The notes under the pieces were generated by a model. The model was not told where the DNA came from, ran no database searches, and saw only the letters and a program-made list of their open reading frames with translations. 32,455 nucleotides of DNA from Octopus bimaculoides (lineage: Eukaryota): contig NC_068983.1 of assembly GCF_001194135.2 (NCBI RefSeq), positions 60,416,127 to 60,448,581 of the forward strand, in the 5' to 3' direction. Positions 10,300 to 20,420 of this stretch are shown in pieces. The first letter of the stretch is position 1. Each line of letters begins with the position of its first letter. The position numbers and the translations under genes are program-made.

Positions 10300-10746
10300 A
10301 TTAATGAGTTATGCAGCAGTTCAAGAAACCCTAACCGTAATCCTAAAACTAACCCTAACTCTAAAACCCGAACCCTAACCCTAAAACCAGTACAAACGCA
10401 CGAACGATGTCATAAATAACAGTGACAAACGAAATATATACCGCTGATAGTTGTTGTTGACAACGGATAGTTTTTGCTGACAAACAACGGCACTAATTTT
10501 ATTCAAGGGAAAAAATCCCGTAACACCGTTGCTTACATTCCACGGCGTAATTGTTTTCACCTCAATAGACGTCAGTGATTGGTTGAAATTACCGAAATAC
10601 GACAATTTTTTTACATGAAATAACTTCGAATACAAAATTTTTTATCTGTTCTATAACACAAAATATACAAGTATTCGAAGTTTGAAAGTGTTTCGGTACC
10701 AAAAACACTACATAAAAAAATGTTGGCCGTCAAACCATAAAGATCC
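10300..10746. mobile_element. Truncated non-autonomous DNA element with telomere-like (CCCTAA) subterminal tract
   Basis: Degenerate CCCTAA repeats at 10327-10388. The right end GGCCGTCAAACCATAAAGATCC resembles a TIR of an octopus MITE I recall from memory. The left TIR was not found. Confidence 0.38.
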
Positions 10747-10804
10747 GAGCTATTTTGTATCACTTGAGAAAACATAACCCTGCACTTGGGACTGAGTAGC
10801 TTAC

Positions 10805-11185
10805 TAGCTGTTATATTATGCCAGTTGTACTCCATGGGGCAGAAACTTAGACGATGTACTGAGCAAAGGAAAAGAAGATAGATACCTTTGAGATGTGGAT
10901 CTTTTGTAGAATAAACTGGAAAGACATGGTAACAGACACTGCAGTACTAGAAAAGCTGAAAGTTCAAAGGCACCAATTGTCAAGAATCAAGTCCACAAAG
11001 CTATCATATTTTGGATAAAAGACAGGAAATGTGGAGGGATAGAATGTAAGAAGCTGTTAAATAGATTTGTGGAATTAAGACATCAAAGCGTGGACTGGAA
11101 ACAAGAAGAGAATTGCATGCGTGAAGCACAACACAGAGAATACTGGGGAGTTTTGGCAAACCAATTCCTGATCATAAGGTGAGCA
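10805..11185 (+). mobile_element. RTE-clade LINE RT C-terminal remnant
   Basis: Translates with stops and frameshifts as CYIMPVVLHGAET*TM..KEKKIDTFEMW..RINWKDMVTDTAVLEKLKVQRHQLSRIKSTKLSYFG...DIKAWTG...EAQHREYW. Matches the RTE consensus LLYG.ETWT..KKIDAFEMW..RI.W.D.VTN..VL. Confidence 0.78.
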
Positions 11186-11672
11186 TCTGGTTGATGATCG
11201 ATGAACGCTATGTAGTAAGTCTTTGCCTCAGTTTTCAACCTGACTATTTTCTTTGCAAATAAAGTGTGCGTAAACAAACAGGGCCTTTCAAATTGAATGA
11301 CGACGACAGCAAAACTCTTGCCAATCAAAATTTGCCCAGATTTGTTCTGAGACTAAGTAAAAGAGCCCTAGAACTGAAGACAAAGTAGAAGAAAATTTGA
11401 CTGGTAAACGGTTATGTTGGGAACTTTGACATAAGCAGCAAAGTGTGACAACTGGAAAACTCTCGATTTTGGCAGTAACCGGTTACGACTGCCAAACTGT
11501 CAGATTGTAAAAAGAGAACAACTCGGGACTAAACAACATCAACTACCACACTAATATTTATATAAATCTCTACTTTTTTTATTGGCCTGTAAAAAGAACT
11601 GTCTCTGCAAATACTAAAACATTCACTTCTTCCATAAAAATATTTCTAGCTTCTCTCGGATTACCGTTTAGC

Positions 11673-11871
11673 TTTTACTTGTTTCAATCATTAGACTGCG
11701 GCCATGCTGGGGTACTGTCTTGAAGAATTTTAGTCGAATGAATCAACTGCGGTTTTTATTTTTTATGCTTGATACTTATTTTGTCGGTTCCTTTGATAAA
11801 CCGCAAAGTTACAGGGACGTAAACCCACCAACAACGGTTGTCAAGTGGTGGTGGGACACAAACAAACACAA

Positions 11872-11915
<44 letters not shown>

Positions 11916-12030
11916 CCTTGACCCGTGGCTATAGTAGAAGAGACACTCGGCCAAGGTGCCACTGCAGTGGGACTGAACCAGGAATTATGTGGTTGGAAAG
12001 CAAACTTCTTACCACACAGCCATGCTTGAG
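11673..12030 (-). mobile_element. Type A SINE, near full length, internal (TA)n
   Basis: Reverse complement of the 1641-2040 and 13896-14248 family. Confidence 0.85.
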
Positions 12031-12626
12031 CACGTACATTTTTTCTGACATGAACTTGTCAACATAACTTGGTTTCTCTCCCTGGAACAGTAGTGTTCCT
12101 TGTAAAACCATTACAATAAAACACATAAACAGCTAAAACTGAAGATTATCGTTCTCATTCATCTGACATTAAAACATATTGTCACAGTTGCTAATATTTT
12201 CGTGAAAGAACCAATAATAATAATTAATAAAATGCCACGTGTTTGTCTTCTATTACTTAAGCGCCCTATATTTTTATTTATTCTTAACAATGAAGCCACC
12301 GTTCTCTCGTTTTCTATTGTTTCAAATCAATATATTTCACAGGTGAAATCACGAAAATGATCCAATGGCGAAGTCATCGTTTTTTTTTTTTTTTTCATTC
12401 GGTTTCTTCAAATCAAACAATCAAACTAGACGTTGTTCAGAAATCTCTTTTAATTACTTTTCATTTGTGCATCAGGTGTTCATACCACATCGATAAAATA
12501 GTGTCATATTTTATTTTAAAACATATGAGTACTTCGATAACATCTTTATGGGAGAGATAGCTGTCAAGCAATTATCACGTTCAGTCAACTTCAGAAATAT
12601 GTTATTTTTGAAGCATTTGCGCGAAT

Positions 12627-12699
12627 GGAGAATTAGCTCAAGTGGTAGAGTGCTTGCTTAGCATGCGAGAAATACGAGGATTGAGGACTGGATTCTCCA
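12627..12699 (+). tRNA. tRNA-Ala(AGC)-like gene, probably a pseudogene
   Basis: 73 nt. Acceptor GGAGAAT/ATTCTCC plus discriminator A; D arm GCTC/GAGT; anticodon arm CTTGC-TTAGCAT-GCGAG with AGC at 12660-12662. The T arm is broken (CGAGG/ACTGG, loop ATTGAGG). Confidence 0.82.
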
Positions 12700-12713
12700 T
12701 TTCTTTCGAACAT

Positions 12714-12945
12714 TAAGGCAGTGAGCTGGCAGAATCGTTAGCACGACGAGCAAAATGCTTAGCGGCATTTCGCCTGTCTTTATATTCTGAGTTTAAATTC
12801 CGCCGAGGTCCACTTTACCTTTTATTGTTTCCAGGTTGATAAAATAAATACCAGCCAAGCACTGGAGTCGATGTAATCGACAAGTCCCCTCCCCTAAAAT
12901 TTCAGGCCTTGTGCCTATAGTAGAAAGGATTATTACTAGAGTATT
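12714..12945 (+). mobile_element. Type B SINE, full length
   Basis: Head AAGGCAGTGAGCTGGCAGAATCGTTAGC, B-box-like GAGTTTAAATTCC, tail GTGCCTATAGTAGAAAGGATTATTA. Homologous to 21555-21773. Confidence 0.86.
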
Positions 12946-13294
12946 GTTGTTAACTCTCATATGATGGGTTACTTTAGCAGTTACCATGAGTAATATAAAA
13001 AAATAGGGCACACATAAAATATTTGTAATTTACATTTTTTTTTTTTTCCTCAAGGTAGATTTTGTTCTCCATATCTTTAATGTTGATAAAATAAGTACCT
13101 GATATTGAGACTACAGGGTCTTTTACGGGTACTCTACGCAGCATTCGAGAAAAGACTGGAACCTGTTACTTTTCGGTTGGCAGACACCGATTCCCTAACA
13201 ATGCGAATATCTGGGACCTTTTCTTTGGATCCAGAAAAGTTCGTTTTTCTTAAATGCTCTATCAAAATGTGGTCGTAGCTGACAAAGTCTATAT

Positions 13295-13835
13295 CAATGG
13301 TTCTCAACCATTTTTTGCCTATTGGCACCTTCGATTCCTATTTTACTGAACTTTCATAACCAACCATTTCGATGTGTATATAAAAACATCCCGTTGTATT
13401 TTTATAATTAAAAGTTATTAGGGGCTGTATAAAACAATTGGTAAAATATTTTGTATGTTATCAGTTTGAAGTAGAAGTGTGTAATGCTTTTATTATGTTT
13501 GGTTGTTTAAGCTTAAATACCGCAGAATGGGCTCATCAGACATTTTTTTCCTTTCCATTGAGTCACATGATCCAGTGGTTTGCCAAATTAGTTGCATGTA
13601 TTATTGGTCGGTTACTAACTGTCCAATCGCATGTTTGCAACAGTTTGTTTTCAATGCGAAAAAGACCACTTTGTCTCTGGAGCCTACCCAAAGTTATAAA
13701 AACCCTTGTATTCTGCTCTGCTTCATCTTTGGCAGCAGCTATTGACCACACACAGCAACAAATATATCCTGAAACATGTCTATGTATATTTATAAAACTT
13801 TATCTCAATTAAATATCCGAGTGATGTAAAAGTTG
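13295..13835 (+). mobile_element. hAT-like non-autonomous element related to 8120-8341
   Basis: Left TIR CAATGGTTCTCAAC at 13295. Shares GATTCCTATTTTACT with the 8120 element. The right end (GTTGAGACGAATG at about 13832) is uncertain and no TSD was confirmed. Confidence 0.5.
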
Positions 13836-13895
13836 AGACGAATGCTTTAACATTAGAAGAACTTCAATGTACACGATGTTCAGGACATTCTTTTA

Positions 13896-14248
13896 GATGT
13901 CGTGGCTGTGTGGTATGAAGTTTGCTTCCCAACCACATAGCTCCAGGTTCAGTCCCATTGCATGGCTCCTTGGGTAGGTGTCTTCTACTATAGCTTTGGG
14001 CCGATCAAAGCCTTGTGAGTGAATCTGGTAGACGTAAGCTGAAAGACGCTTGTTGTGTATATATGTGTGTGTGTGTGTGTGAGTGTGTAACTTAACAGTT
14101 CTACAAAAGAGACCGATAGAATAAGTACGAGACTGTAAAAAATTAAGTACTGGGGTCGATTCATTCGACTGAAAGTTCTTCAAGGCGGTGCCCCAGCATG
14201 GCCACAGTCTAATGACTGAAACAAGTAAAAGAAAAAGATAAAAGATAC
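13896..14248 (+). mobile_element. Type A SINE, full length
   Basis: GTGGCTGTGTGG head, GGTTCAGTCCC B box, internal (TG)n, GAAACAAGTAAAAGA tail. Confidence 0.86.
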
Positions 14249-14614
14249 TTGCTGCAGGTTGTGTACTTCCTGGCAGAGCAATATTATCGATTCACAAATA
14301 AATAAATTGGAAAGAAAGGAGCTATTTTATTGAATATGAAATTGAGACTCTGAGAAATCCAATTATGGATCGTTGTTTTTTTAATTTATTGACTGTCATT
14401 TACCTTTTTTCTTTGTGTCAGGAGGGGAGGCAATACTTATGATCCTTTCCAGGGTCTCAGAGACTGTTCGGAGGGAGGGAAGGAGAAACTAGTCTCAAGC
14501 TGGATGCCTGGCTCGAGTGTTTGCAAAACCAACGTAACCCAAGAATAGCTGCTAGATAATCCTTACGTAACACCAAACTTCTGGCGTCCAAACTCACCAG
14601 ATTTAAATCCCATG

Positions 14615-15629
14615 CAGCACTGGATTAACCATTGAGCAAAATATATACGAGACTCCATTCAAATAGTTGACTTAGTTTTCTCGTTAATTTAAACAATTTC
14701 AATTGTGATGGAGACCGTCGTGTAGCGATAGAGGAATGAACTATAATATATAGAGAGCAGCGCTGGATTAACCGTTAAGCAAAATAAGCACGTGTTTAGG
14801 GCACCAAAGGAAGGAGGGGGCACCAGAATTGGTAAATGATTTACGGCACAAAAGAAATCAATTTAAACTTGCTAAAATAGTTTTCGAAATGGTTTATATG
14901 ATCGGAAATATAATTTCGAAGTGTTCATGGTGTTATAGTGAGGATCGGGTCAAAGACTTTGCAATTAAGAAATGTAGGAGAAAACTTTTTGAATATGTAT
15001 AAAATATAAGTGTACAAAAACAAGAGCACTCAGAGAGCGCAAACCTCCGCCAAGGCAACACCAATGTCTTCTCAACGATTAGCCGGAGATGATTTTTAAA
15101 ACGAGAATATCGGAAATAAACTCAACTGCTCTCACAAACGAGAATATAGATCGATGTATGGAATTATGTATATATGTAAGTACACTGTAACGTGTTAATA
15201 TAAGGGAGATAATCAGAGAAAGACTTGAAAGTCAACGTAAGATCGTAATACTTCGTGTAAAGTAAAGTAAATATAACAAATAATCTAGAATCCTTGTCCA
15301 GTACCGGATCGATCTCAAAATCTAATCAGTTCGTGCCAGTCACGAGGCCAAATATCCCTGAAAGTTTCATCCGAATCCATCCAGCGATTCTTGAGATATT
15401 TTGTCCACAGACAAACAAAGAAACAAACACGACTAAAAACCATACTTCCCCTTCGCTAAAATGGAGGTAATAAATATCATTTTCCATCTTACTGTTAGTT
15501 TTATTTCATTTAAAAAAAATAAAAGTTTATTTTATGATTTATAATTTTTTATAATTTGAATTACATATATAGAGGAGCACCAAAATCTTTTAAGTGTTTA
15601 GGACCTCTATGGGTCTTAATTCGGCCCTG
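14615..15629 (+). mobile_element. hAT-type MITE, about 1 kb, 8-bp TSD, duplicated left end
   Basis: TIRs CAGCACTGGATTAA / TTAATTCGGCCCTG. TSD ATCCCATG (14607-14614) vs ATCTCATG (15630-15637), 7/8 match. A second left-end copy CAGCGCTGGATTAACCGTTAAGCAAAATA lies at 14758. Confidence 0.72.
15019..15471 (+). mobile_element. Helentron/DINE-1-like non-autonomous element nested in the hAT MITE
   Basis: AACAAG start, subterminal CCTCCGCCAAGG (15044-15055), core CGGATCGATCTCAAAATCTAATCAG...AAAGTTTCATCCGAATCC, (AAAC)n, and a 3' hairpin-like CTTCCCCTTCGCTAAAATGGAGG. Classification is from memory of similar elements. Confidence 0.5.
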
Positions 15630-15985
15630 ATCTCATGGACGACTAATGTTTAGAGTGTTGTTGAAACAGAAACTTATCGACATCTCCACAGTGCTATAGC
15701 TTCACTGAAAGCTGCCATTGCCCAGGCACCTAATGTGTCAGGTGATGCTGTTAAACCGTTACAAAATCCTCTCGAACTGTGAGTGTGGTTTGAGAAGGTT
15801 TCCCAGTTTAATTGTGGAACACTATCACGTGTTTTCCATTTTGTAATAGTTTGACCTTCAATAATACATTTATGTAAACGGGTTATTTGGTTTATTTTTC
15901 AATAGCATTAACGTTATTTAAATTTTGCATAGTCAAATTATTAGGAGTGGCACAAAGTTAAAATTATTTCTATTTTTTGTATTGG

Positions 15986-16053
15986 TCATCATCATCGCCG
16001 TCGTCATCACCACCACCACCACCATCCTCCTCTTCATCATCATCATCATCATC
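15986..16053. repeat. (CAT)/(CAC)/(CGT) trinucleotide tract
   Basis: Direct reading. Source of the poly-D/G in ORF 15970..16374. Confidence 0.92.
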
Positions 16054-16140
16054 GCAGGAATCAATGGTTTTGCATATGACTGATTCTTCATGAAATATGT
16101 TGATAATTTCTTCGTTTATAGACTCAGCAACATCATTGGT

Positions 16141-16447
16141 TGTTGTTTGTTCCTTCTGGAGCCATGCCTGGCTTATAAGGGCCTGTTTCCCGGTTTCATT
16201 GACGTATAGCTTCCCCACCTGGACGGGGCGCCAGTCCATCGCAGATGAGCTGTTAGATGCAGGAGGAGAGAGAGTGAGAGAAAGTTGTGGCGAAAGAGTC
16301 AGCAGAAGTTCGCCATTACCTTCTACCAGAGCTGCGTGATGCTTAAGTGTTTCGCTCATAAACACACAAACCACCCAATCTGAGAGTCGAACCCGCGATC
16401 CCTAGACCACGAGTCCACTGCTCTAACCACTAGGCCACGTGCCTCCA
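16141..16447 (-). mobile_element. Type C SINE with alternative tail (tail 2) and 13-bp TSD
   Basis: TSD CAACATCATTGGT (16128-16140) vs CAACCTCATTGGT (16448-16460), one mismatch. Head and body align with 6310-6490 but the 3' part differs. Confidence 0.86.
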
Positions 16448-16569
16448 CAACCTCATTGGTAGAAGTTAGTATTCCTCGATATACTAGACCAGAACCCAAC
16501 GACATAAGTGATGGTCTGTACCATAGGAGAGTTTCTATAAGAATTCAGCTAGTTGTTCTGAACTGTCCT

Positions 16570-16787
16570 AATATTTGTTCCAAATTTTGGTACAAAGCCA
16601 GCAATTTCGGGGTATAAAGTGAGTCCATTACATGGACCCCAGTGTTCAACTGGTACTTGTTTTATCACTCTTGAAAGAGTGAAAGGTAAAATCGACCCCG
16701 GCGGTATTTGAACTCAGAACGAAAAGACAGACGAAATGCCACTAAGCATTTCGCCCGGCATGCCAACGGTTCCGCCAGCTCGTCTCC
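16570..16787 (-). mobile_element. Type B SINE
   Basis: Reverse complement of the 12714 and 21555 family. Confidence 0.82.
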
Positions 16788-16924
16788 TATATATAATATT
16801 ACTTTTATGTTGAATATTACTCGCTGCAGCAGTCACCCCATTGCGCAAAGCTCATTTCTCAGATGGGCTGCAGTTACCCCGATTTTGTGGAGGAAATTGG
16901 CAATGTGGGATCCAAGAACACTTG

Positions 16925-17555
16925 ATGTCTCTTCTGTGTTTGTGAGTCACCCCACACACACATACACACACCACTGCTTGACAACCGGTGTTGATGTGTT
17001 TACGTTCCCATAATTTAACGGTTCGGCCAAAGAGACTGATAGGAAAAGTACTAGGCTTTAAAAACATGAATACTAGGGCCGATTTATTCGACTAAAAACT
17101 TTGTAGGGAAGTGGTTATACACCATTAGGTGTACTCCGCTTCCGTACATTAACTTCTTGAAGAAACAACGGAACGCAGATTCTGAACTATCAACACAACA
17201 ATATTTATTACAATAGAATTCGGCAGCACTTCGCCCTTTGGTTACTGAGACGCCGTCAATGATGTTGCGTGGTTATTTGTCTAGCTCCAGAGTTGGAATG
17301 TTGGAGAGAGGCTGCTACGACGTCCAGGCCCTTCGTCGGCCAGCGAGAAAGAGAGTGAAAAGAAGCGCGAAAGCTTGGATGTCGATGACTACGCATGCGC
17401 ATGAGACTCTTCCTGTATTCCTTCCGGAACTAGTCCCTGCGCATGTGTGGATAGAAACTCCGAAAATGTCGTCTGTTATAAAGGCGTCACTACAACTTCT
17501 TCAAAGAGGTACCCCAGCATGGCCATAGTCTAATCACTGAAACAAATAAAACAAG
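16925..17555 (+). mobile_element. Type A SINE body and tail interrupted by a solo LTR
   Basis: GATTTATTCGACTAAAAACTT stops at 17101, and CTTCAAAGAGGTACCCCAGCATGGCC resumes after 17498. Confidence 0.76.
17102..17494 (-). mobile_element. Solo LTR (Gypsy-like), 393 bp, 4-bp TSD
   Basis: TGTAG...CTACA inverted termini. TSD ACTT at 17098-17101 and 17495-17498. Co-linear blocks shared with the reverse complement of 8447-8824 (GGAACGC..ACTATCAAC, CTCCAGAGTT.GAATGTT, TACGCATGCGCA, GGCGT.ACTACA). Confidence 0.87.
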
Positions 17556-17569
17556 AAAATTTACTTGAG

Positions 17570-17875
17570 GTAGGAGTAGGGGTCGATAAGTCATTGACGG
17601 TTCCATGAAGGGGTCAATGATATAAGGAGTTTGCTGACCCTTGCTCTAAACAGTTGCACATCTTGCAAGAAATAACAGCCAAAGCTTCCCCAATTCACAC
17701 TGTACTGTCTGAAAGAATAAATGGAAAGAAAAGACATTTGAGAAAGCAGTACTAAATACAAAAATACACTATCCCTCTAAAAGTTAGACTGGATGGTCAC
17801 TTCTAGAATACATTTAGACATTCGCCTAATCTTCTCGATAAGAGATGACCTGTGGCTAAACAAAAAGAACAACTT
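17570..17875 (+). mobile_element. Degenerate retroelement 3' end, same family as the 18.3-18.9 kb array, opposite orientation
   Basis: Ends GATGACCTGTGGCTAAACAAAAAGAACAAC. Its reverse complement resembles the unit starts GTTATTTAGCCTCGGG and GTTTAACCCCAGGTC. Confidence 0.45.
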
Positions 17876-18281
17876 AGATCTTTTAACGAGCCAAAATAAA
17901 TCTATTTTATAAAACTGGAAAGAAAATACCGACTGTCTCTCTCTACATGCAGGCCTTCATACAATATTAAAGAGAAATACACATTTATTTATTCGTTTTA
18001 TTTATTTTAGTTTTAATCAACTCTGGTGAATAGATAGAATCTTGTCATGGATGCAATAAAGAGAATACACAAAAACCGGTCATATCTGGTTTCTTTTCAG
18101 CTTTTCTTCTATTTAATGAAATCGATGATAGAAGAAATAATAAACTTTTGCTTCGGCGAATAAACGCAAAGACATGTCTTCTCGTTTACGTTGTTATTCT
18201 CATTGATCTTAATGGAAGTAGCTTTAACACCAGAATCTACGTCACTGTAGAACCTCTCGCCCTCTGATATTGTTTATTGTG

Positions 18282-18930
18282 GTTGTTATTTAGCCTCGGG
18301 TTGGCCCTAATCGAATAGATCTATAACCAAAGACACTCCAGCAATGACTATCACTACCTACGTCTCTTTCCTTTCTGTGTATTTATCACGACTTCACTTC
18401 CTGTTATGTGTTATTTTCCTAAAACGATAGGATTTGGTTTGGACGGGAAATTGGCTGCTGCTGCTGCTGTCGTTTAACCCCAGGTCGGACCTGATCAGGT
18501 AAACCTATGACCAAAGACATTCCAGCGATGACCATATCCACATCTTTTCCCTTTATTTGTATTCTGATAATCAGAAGTTCTCTTCCTGTTATATGTCATT
18601 TTTTTAAGATTTGGAAAGGAAATTAGCTGTCGCTGGTGGTGACGGCGGCAGCGGCGGCGGCGATGGTGGTGGTGGTGGTGGTGGTGGTGGTGGTGGTTAA
18701 CCCTTTAGTCCGGTACTTATCGAGTAGACCTATGATAACAAACATTCCAGCAATGACCACTGTCTTTTTCCTATATTTGTACCCTGATTATTACAAACTT
18801 CACGTCCTGTCACTTGTTCTTCTCCAAGACGGCTGTTACGTGATTGAAGGCAAGGGGGGATTAGTTGTTATTTCTAGGAAGTCTAGCGACCAGGTAGAGG
18901 CTTCCTCGTTGGTTTATGGTATCCTCTATG
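18282..18930 (-). repeat. Head-to-tail array of 3+ diverged retroelement-tail units (about 185-225 bp) separated by trinucleotide tracts
   Basis: The motif CTAT(A/G)A..AAA.AC(A)TTCCAGC.ATGAC recurs at about 18321, 18505 and 18730. Spacers are (GCT)n at about 18454-18468 and (GGC/GGT)n at about 18634-18696. Confidence 0.62.
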
Positions 18931-19074
18931 TTAATGGAATAATTGATGGAGAGATGAAAATTCCTTTACAAGACTGGTTGAATTGATGAATGAAAACATG
19001 TTTCTTTGGTTGCATGTACAAGTAGCTGGACAAGGCCTGCGAACGTTTAACAGAAGATTTTATTATCATGCATA

Positions 19075-19275
19075 NNNNNNNNNNNNNNNNNNNNNNNNNN
19101 NNNNNNNNNNNNNNNNNNNNNNNNNNNNNNNNNNNNNNNNNNNNNNNNNNNNNNNNNNNNNNNNNNNNNNNNNNNNNNNNNNNNNNNNNNNNNNNNNNNN
19201 NNNNNNNNNNNNNNNNNNNNNNNNNNNNNNNNNNNNNNNNNNNNNNNNNNNNNNNNNNNNNNNNNNNNNNNNNNN
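19075..19275. other. Assembly gap (201 N)
   Basis: Run of N. Confidence 1.
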
Positions 19276-19399
19276 AAAAATCAAACTGTGTTGACCTTTT
19301 ACTGATTACAACAGCAATAATTCCATACTGAGAAAGAGCTACCGCTAGGAGTTTATGACAAGCTACTGATACGGCAACCTGCAGCTTGCTGAACATAAC

Positions 19400-20420
19400 T
19401 GGAAACGATTGTGCTATATTCATGGTGACAGTGGTTCTTGGTCAACTGTTTGGTGTGGCAAAAATGGAGACACATAATGGTTGTGCTGTCTGACTGGTTA
19501 CTTAGCGGTTTGGTTTCGAATCGCCACTACAGTCTCATACCTTCAGTAGACAAGGTTCCAGGATTACACAACCACGAAGGTACTGAGTTTCTCGTGGAAA
19601 AGTCAAGAAATTCTCTCTCATAGCAGCGTTTGCAGTGCACAACAACCAGAGATACGTTGGCAGCATCGTTTAGAACAGCTTGCCAACATCAAATAGGCAA
19701 CATTTGCCACTTTAGAACCATTGTGACGATTTTCTAAGTTTCGCCATTGAATCTCTCCACCTGTCTTGTGCCTTCAGGGTTATGAAGTGTAAATGACAGA
19801 AAAAGTCTCCTACTTTGAGTTGGCAAATGACTCCGAAAAGGAACTCCACAACCACCACCACCAGGAACTTGCAGTGTAACCTTGAGACATTCTCTTACCT
19901 TTCTGTTAGATTTCTTGAGTATTCTATCTGATAGAATACTTAAAAGCCCTTTATCACACATGTCCGTTCATGGCCACTGCCTGAGCAAAAAGAGGACCCT
20001 CAAATTGCCCGCCTTCTTACTTGATATTATTTCCTCTCTCACTTCCAGCATATCACCCACTATGCTACATGTTATAATTCGTGGTTCTATTACATGAAAT
20101 TCTTTTGTTAGTGAGAAATTCGTTTGTTTTTTGACTCATAAATGATGCTCCACGACTTGACTTTATTCCATGGAATGACTGTAAGCTGGTGCAGCCAAAA
20201 TAGAAAACAGCTGGCAAAGACAATTAGCGATTGCTGAACCTGGACTAAGAAAATATCGATTTTTGTTCATACAAAAGAAGTCCTTTGAAGTCGATGTTCA
20301 AAAGACAGTTCAGAATTTTATGAAGCCACTTTATAAGATGTGTTTAATCTGCTAAGTTAGATACAACAATTTCAGGATTTTTTCTTAAATGAAAGCAGAT
20401 TCACTTGAAATCCCATGATT
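19400..20420 (-). mobile_element. Gypsy-type LTR retrotransposon integrase relic (many stops and frameshifts)
   Basis: In order on the minus strand: LNIDFKG (20304-20281), NKNRYFL, CLCQLFSI...PAY.H, SRGASFMSQ..EFLTNK.IS.NRTTNYN (about 20157-20060), QVERFNG (19763-19743), PSWLCNPG (19580-19558), TTV. These match the integrase core and C-terminal motifs of invertebrate Gypsy elements. Confidence 0.77.

Larger units (their letters stand above)
14470..15790 (+). mobile_element. Tc1/mariner-superfamily transposase remnant, split by a hAT MITE
   Basis: Left part TQE*LLDNPYVTPNFWRPNSPDLNPM ends at 14614. The right part resumes at 15630 with (M)D*..V*SVVETETYRHLHSAIASLKAAIAQA. Together they give the WPPNSPDLNP.D motif and the following helix. 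Confidence 0.78.

Noticed and set aside
10177-10419. ORF MPRRRQAAQQLIV...NPNRNPKTNPNSK
   Set aside because: No recognisable domain; the C-terminal part is the translated CCCTAA-like tract.
11211-11550. Possible third solo LTR (TGTAGTAAG start, AATAAA, ACTACCACA end)
   Set aside because: No matching TSD and no internal similarity to the 8447/17102 family.
15970-16374. 134-aa ORF with acidic/Gly tail
   Set aside because: A SINE read-through into a CAT/CAC trinucleotide tract.
18075-18270. Possible exon after TTTCTTTTCAG with hydrophobic stretch TCLLVYVVILIDL
   Set aside because: No donor site before the in-frame stop, no recognisable homology, and no partner exons.
18282-18930. CRISPR-like or prokaryotic repeat array
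   Set aside because: Units are long (about 200 bp), diverged and retroelement-like; there are no cas genes and the context is eukaryotic.
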